Of a stretch of 28,965 nucleotides of DNA, positions 9,536 through 17,045 are shown piece by piece. The stretch comes from Desulfobacteraceae bacterium. GTDB taxonomy: Bacteria > Desulfobacterota > Desulfobacteria > Desulfobacterales > Desulfococcaceae. The translations under genes and the position numbers were made by a program. Position 1 is the first letter of the stretch. Every line of letters begins with the position of its first letter. The stretch lies in NCBI GenBank assembly GCA_041641935.1, contig JBEPXL010000002.1:1-28965 (forward strand), given 5' to 3'. The notes beneath the pieces are model-generated. The model was not told where the DNA came from. It saw nothing but the letters and a program-made list of their open reading frames with translations, and did no database searches.

Positions 9536-10486
9536 CTACTTTTTCTCAAGAATCTTATTCATGTGGGATGTTAGCAACTCAATTTGCCTGTGCAGATCTC
9601 TCAGTTTTTCCATGCTGCCAATCGCTTTCTCGAATTCTGTTCCATCACTGTAGGTGATCTGGTAAAGATAGCTGTTTTTCGGTTCATTCATGTCAAACCT
9701 TGGATTTTTAAGAAAATAAGCAGCTTCGTTTACAGATTCAAAAATGATCGGACTTGAATCCTGACGCAATATAAAGCGAATTTCCTGGGGTAGTGCACAT
9801 AGCGTCGCCCGTACACGATCAGCATAAGATGTAACTGCTGCCGATCCTAGTAATCGGAGCAGTGCTTGATGGACCTGAATTTTTTTCTTTTGGGTAAATT
9901 GACGCTGGAAACTTCTGGCAAGTCTGGCTTTTTCATTTTCAGGCATTCTGTCAGGGTAATCTATGTAAAGACCACATTCTTCAAACGCTTTTACAATTTT
10001 ATCCTTGGGTACATAAAAGAGATCAATATCTCTGCTTTTGACCATCTCTCGCGCTGGTTTTGTAAAATCCCCCGCTGATATGATACCAAGAAACCGAGCC
10101 GTTGGATACGTTTCTCTCATCGGTATCAATTTACCACTGTCATCGCGAGCCTTATCTTTGGAGTGTCTGGCGCCACGGCGCCAAAAACATTCAATGAATC
10201 CGACCGGAACACCAATATGTTCGTCAGAACCATTGAGTTCAAGCACATAATCATAATCAACAAAATTATGATGCATATCCCCCCATAAAATCTTTCCAAC
10301 CCGACCTTTTCTTTGAATATAGCGAGAGTCAAGAAACAGTTCCAACTCGTGAGCAACAGCTTCCAGCAAGGACAAGACAAAGTACTCTTCAAACCAGTCT
10401 CCAATCAACTGCCCGAGCTTATGGCCCGCTGAAGCATTTGCCTTTTCTGCGTTTTTCCTACCCTTCAATCCAAAGCCTTCCTTCAT
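9536..10486 (-). CDS. Probable type II restriction endonuclease (PD-(D/E)xK-like)
   Basis: Overlaps the 3' end of the methyltransferase gene and has low GC. The acidic strand-turn-strand pattern VDYDYVLE...GFIECFWRR...HSKDKARDD fits a nuclease core. The start may be the TTG at 10468. Function is inferred mainly from context. Confidence 0.6.
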   Translation of the reverse strand: MKEGFGLKGRKNAEKANASAGHKLGQLIGDWFEEYFVLSLLEAVAHELELFLDSRYIQRKGRVGKILWGDMHHNFVDYDYVLELNGSDEHIGVPVGFIECFWRRGARHSKDKARDDSGKLIPMRETYPTARFLGIISAGDFTKPAREMVKSRDIDLFYVPKDKIVKAFEECGLYIDYPDRMPENEKARLARSFQRQFTQKKKIQVHQALLRLLGSAAVTSYADRVRATLCALPQEIRFILRQDSSPIIFESVNEAAYFLKNPRFDMNEPKNSYLYQITYSDGTEFEKAIGSMEKLRDLHRQIELLTSHMNKILEKK

Positions 10487-11756
10487 GCAATGGTACGGTA
10501 TGCTTTCTGTTTTTCCACTTCACATTTCGATCTCTAATTTTCTCAAATCTGTACGTATTGAAGCCTGCCTGCAGTGCCAGTTTTCCCAACCATTTATCCA
10601 CAGGGAGATAAACCCCATATGGCGCCGAATCTCCAACAACAAAACACAGTCTTGCTCCATTTCTGCATAACTTTCTCAAAGAATGGAAAACTTTCGCAAG
10701 ATCGAGGAAATAGGCGGCAGCCATCGTATGATATGTCTTTTTCCCTCCCTTGGTCAGGCGTATTTTTTCCAATTCTCTGCAGGCTTCCGTTAATTCATCA
10801 TAAACAGGTTCTAAAAATTTCTGGTCCAATAAATCTTCCAGTTTCAGCTTTTCAGCTGCTGCATGCTGTGAGCAGGAATGAATCAGGTATTGTCTCACCG
10901 CAGGCTGCAAGTCTTTCCAGCCCTGAATATCGCCCCAGAATGTCATCTCAAGCCGTGTTGCATCAGCATAATCATAATTATTAGGATATGGTGGTGAAGT
11001 AATAACGAGATCGAACTGATCTTCTGAATCAATTTCCGGATTTCTTGCATCCGTGCTGTAGATTGAAGCAGAGTTTGTCCAGTTATGATAATGAGCATAC
11101 TGTATGTCAGAGATGATCATTTCCATATTTTGCTGAAAAGCAGCAAAAACATCTGCAACTTTGGCCTTTTTTTTCTTTGGCAATACATATTGCCATTGTG
11201 CCGTTCCTGCACTGCTGCAACGTCTGAGTATTCCTGTTATACCAAGCCACAGCAGTTCCCATTCATCATCGTCTGGCTGCGCAAGAATCCGATATGCTTC
11301 CCGTAATCGTTCCAGGTGATCAAGATTTTCTTTTGAGTAACATTTCTTTAATAAGGGAATTTGGTCGAGTTTCTTCCGGGAGTCATCATTTTTGGCCAGC
11401 ATCAATATTGCTTCAATTTTCTCCCGAAGCCCTTCTATCGCTATGTTCCGATTAATTTTAATTTTTGCAACCCGATAAATAAATGGATGTGTCTCGAATC
11501 CTGCACAACTTACGCCACAGGATTCTGCAGCCACCAGGGTTGTTCCTGAACCGGCAAAAGGATCCAGTATCTTTAATGACCGTGCCTGATGCTTTTTAAT
11601 GAGTTCTTCTACCCATTCTGCAGAAAATCCGGCAGAATACCGGAACCACCGGTGAACAGGCAATTTCATATTGTTGGTAAATGTACCGGAATGTTTTGTT
11701 TTAATACTTTTTTGTGTAAAGGAAGGAAAAAGTTCCAGTTGAGAATCAAGCGCCAC
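10458..11756 (-). CDS. DNA amino-methyltransferase, alpha motif order, probably N4-cytosine
   Basis: Motif I ILDPFAGSGTT lies near the N-terminus and catalytic motif IV DLVITSPPY lies after a variable region; GTG start. SPPY is typical of m4C enzymes but not exclusive to them. Confidence 0.9.
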   Translation of the reverse strand: MALDSQLELFPSFTQKSIKTKHSGTFTNNMKLPVHRWFRYSAGFSAEWVEELIKKHQARSLKILDPFAGSGTTLVAAESCGVSCAGFETHPFIYRVAKIKINRNIAIEGLREKIEAILMLAKNDDSRKKLDQIPLLKKCYSKENLDHLERLREAYRILAQPDDDEWELLWLGITGILRRCSSAGTAQWQYVLPKKKKAKVADVFAAFQQNMEMIISDIQYAHYHNWTNSASIYSTDARNPEIDSEDQFDLVITSPPYPNNYDYADATRLEMTFWGDIQGWKDLQPAVRQYLIHSCSQHAAAEKLKLEDLLDQKFLEPVYDELTEACRELEKIRLTKGGKKTYHTMAAAYFLDLAKVFHSLRKLCRNGARLCFVVGDSAPYGVYLPVDKWLGKLALQAGFNTYRFEKIRDRNVKWKNRKHTVPLHEGRLWIEG

Positions 11757-11909
11757 AGTAAATCACTCTCGTAAGAAGTTAATTTCAAAAAGTTATCGCC
11801 TTTAGAGGAAAAATCTACTTCTTCACACACTGTGCTATCCTGGAGACAGCAATGATCAATTGTAAAGAGAAAAGCAGTTCAGCCGAAAAACCATCTGAAT
11901 TGATAAGCG

Positions 11910-12275
11910 TCAGCGATGAATCTTCAACCGGTCAAACACACTGCCGGTCTGGCCCTGGGCGCCGCAGTAGAGGCACTTGTTGTGGTGCAGGCTCATGATC
12001 CGGCCGCACTGGAGGCAGATTTCACCGGTCGGTTTCCGCTGTTTGATCTGTTCCATCCGTTCGACCAGGTCGGCTTCGGTGATATTCTGCTGTTCCTGGA
12101 CAAAAGACCAGAGCGCCCGTGAAATGAGGGCCAGACTTTCCACCGTCTCCTTGAGCGCGGTAATGTCCTGTGCATCCGCCTTTGAATCGAGCATCCGGAG
12201 CTGAGACGAAAGGTCGCTGTCCAGACCGTCCAGCCGTTCTCTCCGTCGGGATTTCTTTCCTCTGAAAATAGCCAT
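11910..12275 (-). CDS. Hypothetical protein with helical N-terminal region and C-terminal double-CxxC zinc ribbon (121 aa)
   Basis: Start re-assigned to the ATG at 12275 with SD GAGGA; motif CLQC-x10-CLYC. Confidence 0.75.
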   Translation of the reverse strand: MAIFRGKKSRRRERLDGLDSDLSSQLRMLDSKADAQDITALKETVESLALISRALWSFVQEQQNITEADLVERMEQIKQRKPTGEICLQCGRIMSLHHNKCLYCGAQGQTGSVFDRLKIHR

Positions 12276-12292
12276 ACCTGTATCCTCACTCC

Positions 12293-13219
12293 TCAGGTGA
12301 AAGGAGAAAAATGTTGTTTCAACAGATTCCGGATCGGCAGAAAGGCGGGAGCAGGCAGATGATCCCATGAAAACCATGCCCATTCCGCGCACTTGTCCGG
12401 CTCCCGCAGTACAGGTTCACCGGGTTCTGGTTCGGCGATCAGGAAAATGGTAATATAATGTTTTTCTTCTCCGGTAAACAGATCATTGGTAAACGGACCG
12501 CGCCGCAGGTTGCGGATCCGCAGTCCGGTCTCCTCGAATACCTCCCGGCGGGCGCAGTCCTCTATTGCTTCGCCGTATTCCAGATGACCGCCGGGAAACT
12601 GCCATGTTCCGGCGCCGTGGGAATTCCTGCGCCGCCCCAGCAGCACTTTTCCGTCCCGGATGAGAATGACCGCCACCCCGACAGCAGGTCTGCCCGCCGC
12701 TTTTTTTCGTCTGAAATAGGTTTCTGCGGCATCGTCATGCAGGGCAAAGGCCATATCAGGGGGTGCATGGTCCAGAATCATCCGCTCCGTGGTTTCATCG
12801 GTCACAGCAAAAGGCGGAAGATCACGGGAATGGAGCCGCTCTGCCAGACCGAAAATCAGGAGGGTATCATCCGGGGCGCTCCGGACATCAAACACCCCAA
12901 TCCTGTCCGGACGGATCCGGATTCCCGTCTCCTCAAAGACCTCCCGCGCACCGGCATTTCGCCAGGTTTCCCCGGTGTTGACGTACCCGCCGGGCAGGGC
13001 CGGTTTCCCTTTTTCCGGTTCAATCCCCCGGCGGATGAAGACCAGTCCCCGGTCCACCGGAACAAGCATCACTGTCACCGGCAGGGGATTTTTGTAGGAG
13101 ATATTCCCGCACCGGTCACAGGTTCCCGGCCAGGAGATGTCTGCCCCGAACCGGGTTCCGCAGTAAGAACAGTGTACATCCCTGCCGGTCACTTCGGGCG
13201 CTCCTTTCCGCATGTCCAT
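12293..13219 (-). CDS. Tandem double-Nudix hydrolase with N-terminal zinc ribbon (308 aa)
   Basis: Start at the ATG at 13219 (SD AGGA). CSYC...CDRC ribbon, then two intact Nudix boxes, GYVNTGETWRNAGAREVFEETGI and GHLEYGEAIEDCARREVFEETGL. Confidence 0.88.
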   Translation of the reverse strand: MDMRKGAPEVTGRDVHCSYCGTRFGADISWPGTCDRCGNISYKNPLPVTVMLVPVDRGLVFIRRGIEPEKGKPALPGGYVNTGETWRNAGAREVFEETGIRIRPDRIGVFDVRSAPDDTLLIFGLAERLHSRDLPPFAVTDETTERMILDHAPPDMAFALHDDAAETYFRRKKAAGRPAVGVAVILIRDGKVLLGRRRNSHGAGTWQFPGGHLEYGEAIEDCARREVFEETGLRIRNLRRGPFTNDLFTGEEKHYITIFLIAEPEPGEPVLREPDKCAEWAWFSWDHLPAPAFLPIRNLLKQHFSPFT

Positions 13220-13235
13220 TGATCCTGTTGACGGC

Positions 13236-13616
13236 TTATTCCGTCTGTCCCGCAATGGTTTCCCGCTGCATCTGAAGCAGATACCGGTCGAGTTCTTCCG
13301 TGCTGGAAAAAATCGGCTGGGACGGGAGGGCATTGATAATATCGAAGACCTTCCGGATCTGGGGCTGCAGATTCATCAGACTCAGTTCCGCTCCCTGTTT
13401 TTTGAGTTCCTTTTTGGCCTTGAGAATGGAACTGATGCCGATGCTGCTGATGTAGTTGAGGAATTCCATATCGATGACCACGAGGGTCGGCTCTCTCTGC
13501 AGAAGAAGCACCATCTCCTGATCCAGCTGCGTATAGGTATTTGTATCCAGCGATCCGGCCAGGGAGACGATCAGAACGCCGGGCTTTTTTTCATCAACAT
13601 TTACCGTAAATGTCAT
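13236..13616 (-). CDS. STAS-domain anti-sigma factor antagonist (RsbV/SpoIIAA-like)
   Basis: LAGSLDTNT...VVIDMEFLNYISSIG with the phosphorylatable Ser position conserved, and LMNLQPQIRKVFDI; 126 aa. Confidence 0.9.
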   Translation of the reverse strand: MTFTVNVDEKKPGVLIVSLAGSLDTNTYTQLDQEMVLLLQREPTLVVIDMEFLNYISSIGISSILKAKKELKKQGAELSLMNLQPQIRKVFDIINALPSQPIFSSTEELDRYLLQMQRETIAGQTE

Positions 13617-13633
13617 AGAACCTCCTTACCGGT

Positions 13634-14089
13634 TCAGTGGGAAACTGATCCTTCCTCACCTCTGGAAACTGATTTTGTCATGGTCAGCACATTGATGCCC
13701 GCATCGGAATGGTAGCCCACCTGATCCATGAGGCTGCAGGTCAGATGGATTCCCAGTCCGCCGACTTCCCGTTCGATAAATGGTTTGTCGAGATCCGGAC
13801 GGGGAACTTGCAGGGGATCGAATGGTCTGCCGTCATCCCGGATTTCCAGCACCAGACAATTCTCCTGCATCCGGAACCGGATCTCGATCTGATGAAGGGC
13901 TTCATCAGTATAGCTGTAGAGAACGATGTTGGAAAAGACTTCTTCAAAGGCCAGCCGCACATCCTGCAGAAACGGGTCCGGCAGCCCCGCATTTTCTCCG
14001 AAACCGGTCAGAAACCGGCCAAACCGGCGCAGCTCGGCAAGATCGTTTTTCAGGATGATAGTCTTCTGGCAGTTTTCGGCGGATGTCAT
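13634..14089 (-). CDS. Anti-sigma factor / Ser kinase (RsbW/SpoIIAB-like, HATPase_c)
   Basis: N box EEVFSNIVLYSY, G1 EIRDDGRPFDP, G2 GGLGIHL; adjacent to the STAS gene. Confidence 0.9.
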   Translation of the reverse strand: MTSAENCQKTIILKNDLAELRRFGRFLTGFGENAGLPDPFLQDVRLAFEEVFSNIVLYSYTDEALHQIEIRFRMQENCLVLEIRDDGRPFDPLQVPRPDLDKPFIEREVGGLGIHLTCSLMDQVGYHSDAGINVLTMTKSVSRGEEGSVSH

Positions 14090-14101
14090 GGTCTGACGTC
14101 C

Positions 14102-15529
14102 TCACGACGGACGCTGTGTCCCCTCCTCTTCCGATGAGCGGGAATCCGGTGCCCGGTCATATGCTTCCTTCAGCAGTTCAACGGGGTGAACCACCCGGTA
14201 ATCCGTCATCTGATTGAACTGGATACGGCAGCTGAGACAGTCGGTCAGCAGAAGTTCCGGCGCCATTTCCCCGATTTTTTCCATCAGCCGGTTTCCCATC
14301 TCCAGAGATGTCTGATGGAACTCTTTTTTGAATCCCATAATGCCGGAAATCCCACAGCAGAAAAATGAACTGTTGACCGACACCAGATCGAGCCCCGGAA
14401 CCAGTGCAAGGATATCCGGATACGGCATTCCCACATTCTGCTCCCGCAGATGACACGGCGGATAATAGACCGCCCGGTGATTCACGGGGCCGAATGCTGT
14501 TGTGAGTTCCGATCTGCCGTGCAGCAGCCCCAGATATTCCCCGAGATCATAGGTATGCTCCGCCACCGCCACCCGCCGGAGCGGATCGATGGCGGAAAAA
14601 TAGCCGTCATCTTTCAGGATGTTTCTGTAAATCGACCGTTTGAGCAGCCTGAATTCCCGGCCCTCGATCCCCCGTCCGTCGGGATTGACCGGGATTTTCA
14701 TCCAGTCCGTATCCGCTCCGGCCGCCGCCTGCCAGGCGTCTGAATAGTAGGCGCCCTCTTTCAGAACAGTTTTGAGCATATAGCCGCAGGTCGGACAGGA
14801 ACAGACAATATCATATCCATCTTCCACAATACCGGCCAGATGATCAAGGTTAAAACGGGCAGATTTCAACGCCAGTTTCCGGTCTCCTTCCAGAAGGGGC
14901 GGCATGCCGCAGCATTCCTGCGCCGGAACCAGGACGTCAATCCCGTTGCGGCGAAACACGTCAACAGCGGCGTCGGGCACGTCCGGAAAAAGATACTGTC
15001 CGGTACAGCCGACAAAATAGGCGACTTTCCGCTGCCCCTTCTCCGCTGCCGGGGCAGGAAGCGGATTCGCTTTGAGCCGGGCCGGATAGTTCTTTTCCGG
15101 AAAAACGGGAAGTTTCCGCTCCGGATGGACCCCGGCACTCTTTTTCAGAAATCCGCCGACATACTGGTTCTGCAGCAGGAGATTGGTCAGGCGCGGATAC
15201 ACACCGCACAGTTTTCCGACCTGTTTTACATCCTCCATCGCCCGGATACCGGGTTTGAGGCCATCCCGGTCGATGAAAGCGGTTTTTGCCTCCATAATAC
15301 CGGCCCGGATGTTGGCACAGGGACAGAGCGCGCAGAAATTACAGAGGTCTGTCAGATGCTTCAGTTCTTCCGGTGTAATGTTCTCTCCCGTCTCCTTTTC
15401 CCTGTCGTGAAGCCGGAAGAGTTCCGGCAGGAAAAAACAACTGGTGTCCATCAGGTACCGGCAGTCATCACAGTCGGCACACGCATCCACAATCTTCCGG
15501 ATCAGTATCTCCGGGTCGGTCTCTTTCAT
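14102..15529 (-). CDS. Fe-S/CCG-domain oxidoreductase subunit (GlpC/HdrD-like)
   Basis: N-terminal CADCDDC and CNFCALCPC clusters. Two CCG domains: YFVGC/ECCG/CSCPTC and YYPPCH/FCCG/TDCLSC. Start re-assigned to the ATG at 15529 (SD AGGAG, 11-nt spacing). Confidence 0.85.
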   Translation of the reverse strand: MKETDPEILIRKIVDACADCDDCRYLMDTSCFFLPELFRLHDREKETGENITPEELKHLTDLCNFCALCPCANIRAGIMEAKTAFIDRDGLKPGIRAMEDVKQVGKLCGVYPRLTNLLLQNQYVGGFLKKSAGVHPERKLPVFPEKNYPARLKANPLPAPAAEKGQRKVAYFVGCTGQYLFPDVPDAAVDVFRRNGIDVLVPAQECCGMPPLLEGDRKLALKSARFNLDHLAGIVEDGYDIVCSCPTCGYMLKTVLKEGAYYSDAWQAAAGADTDWMKIPVNPDGRGIEGREFRLLKRSIYRNILKDDGYFSAIDPLRRVAVAEHTYDLGEYLGLLHGRSELTTAFGPVNHRAVYYPPCHLREQNVGMPYPDILALVPGLDLVSVNSSFFCCGISGIMGFKKEFHQTSLEMGNRLMEKIGEMAPELLLTDCLSCRIQFNQMTDYRVVHPVELLKEAYDRAPDSRSSEEEGTQRPS

Positions 15530-15821
15530 GAAACAATATACTCCTGCAATGCTTCTGATCAATCCACAGGTTCCCTTCTCTTCGGACCGGCATATGCAGC
15601 ATAAACCTGCCGCAGGCCTGCACGGTTCGATAGAGATGCCGCTTTCTCTGAACTTCTCTTCCGCAGATCATACCGGATCGTTCAGGTCAACAGCAGGCGA
15701 TAGCATACCTGCGGGATCATTCGTGAACTATCGGAAACGCAACCATCTATGGTTTTTTTCATCGACTTTTTACGGAAAATCAGCTACTTTACCGGATACA
15801 CCTGACCTGAAACACCGGCTG

Positions 15822-16226
15822 CTACTGCATGGCAATATCCCGTCGGGCGGAGGAGATCGATACCGTAAAACCGGCAACCACATCCAGAAACGACATCAGT
15901 GTCAGAATAAAAAAGGTTGACGTCCCGGCGGAAGAGGCAACGATAAATTCAACGAGGAAAATGACAAAGACGATCAGGGAAAGGGTATGATCGATAATGG
16001 TCATCGAGGTGGGACGGGTGGATCGGAAAATTTCGACATACAGAACAATAATACCGGCAATCACCAGGATATCACCGACGGTTAGCCGCAGGACCGCACC
16101 GGACATCAGAAAAAATTCCAGCCAGGCGGACTCCACCGTCTCCTGGGCATTTGTCCCGGCCAGAACAATCAGATTGTAAATGATCAGCAGATAGGTATAG
16201 GTCGGTAAGACTCTGAAAAATTTCAT
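15822..16226 (-). CDS. Conserved-looking hypothetical inner-membrane protein with about 4 TM helices (134 aa)
   Basis: Four hydrophobic segments separated by polar motifs (GD, EIFRSTR, IDH, DVVAGF...ARRD); SD GGGAG. Confidence 0.8.
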   Translation of the reverse strand: MKFFRVLPTYTYLLIIYNLIVLAGTNAQETVESAWLEFFLMSGAVLRLTVGDILVIAGIIVLYVEIFRSTRPTSMTIIDHTLSLIVFVIFLVEFIVASSAGTSTFFILTLMSFLDVVAGFTVSISSARRDIAMQ

Positions 16227-16463
16227 TGCACGCTGTACTCCCGTGTTTTCGACTTGTTAAGCATGATTGCTATCAGCTTTCCTGCAGATTGTAAAGAAAA
16301 TGATCCCTCCACCGGATTCCTGCCGGAAGGGCTGTTCATGAAATCCCTTCTTGTGCAGATTCCCCTCTTTTTGGTACACTTGCGGACATGGTGGAAGCAG
16401 CCGCGGATATGTACCCGATGATGGCTTCCGGATCGTGTCATCTGCTGGTAAAAGTGATAAACA

Positions 16464-17045
16464 ATGAAAAATCGACTGAATATCGCGCTGATGCTGATGC
16501 TCATTATGCCACCGCTGACCGGGTGTTCCTCTCTGCTTCCCAGTTCCAGACAGGATGTGAAGGCATCCTGGGACGGGTTCGGTGATGTCAAAACGGCATT
16601 TGACAGGATCGTTCCCTATGCGACCACCACGGAAGATTTGAAGGATCTCGGATTTGATCCCTTTGCTGCTTCCAACATTGAACTGTTGACGTACATGGAC
16701 ATTGTAAAGCGCTTCATGCCCAACCCGAACATCAAAAAAGAAGAACTGGATCGGGGGTTGATTGAGTGTCTCGCCCAGAAAGAGTCCTGCCGGGCCTACG
16801 AAATCAAACTGAAGAAAGTGGAAAAGGAACGGTACGGCAATGTCTTTCTTGATCTCTTCGGTTTCAAGCGGCAGACCAGGGTGTCCGGATGGGAGTTCAA
16901 CGCCATCGTGGTGCTCAAGTCGGATCTGGTGGTCTACAAGATATGGGGAGGAAAACCCCGGGTGGCCGAATTTCATGAAGAGAAAAAACCGCTGGGACCG
17001 CTGCAGGAGATCGGTAACGTTGTGGAACAGGTGATCAGCCTCTGA
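16464..17045 (+). CDS. Hypothetical lipoprotein (193 aa)
   Basis: Basic N-terminus, hydrophobic core and lipobox LTG-C; its stop overlaps the next start (TGATG). Confidence 0.8.
   Translation: MKNRLNIALMLMLIMPPLTGCSSLLPSSRQDVKASWDGFGDVKTAFDRIVPYATTTEDLKDLGFDPFAASNIELLTYMDIVKRFMPNPNIKKEELDRGLIECLAQKESCRAYEIKLKKVEKERYGNVFLDLFGFKRQTRVSGWEFNAIVVLKSDLVVYKIWGGKPRVAEFHEEKKPLGPLQEIGNVVEQVISL

Larger units (their letters stand above)
9500..11900. mobile_element. Low-GC, probably horizontally acquired restriction-modification islet
   Basis: Abrupt shift to AT-rich sequence (around 40% GC by eye, against mid/high 50s in the flanks) covering exactly the MTase and putative REase. No integrase, transposase or flanking direct repeats seen. 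Boundaries are approximate. Confidence 0.6.

Noticed and set aside
10594-10602. Perfect DnaA box TTATCCACA inside the methyltransferase gene
   Set aside because: A single copy within AT-rich coding sequence (VDK codons on the minus strand), compatible with chance.
9480-11910. Transposon, prophage or integrative element carrying the RM genes
   Set aside because: No transposase, integrase, tRNA target, terminal inverted repeats or target-site duplication found by eye.
14087-14104. TGA stop of the Fe-S gene is in frame with the kinase ATG 12 nt later (possible selenocysteine or read-through fusion)
   Set aside because: The TGA is part of the kinase SD (TGAGGA), it does not align to a Cys position, no SECIS-like hairpin is evident, and in-frame spacing has a one-in-three chance.
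15720-15740. TTCGTGAA as a Rex operator
   Set aside because: Only one half-site is present; the right arm does not match.
16365-16385. TGGTAC...TTGC and 23865 TGGCAC as sigma54 promoters
   Set aside because: The GG-to-GC spacing is wrong in the first case and the -12 element is missing in the second.
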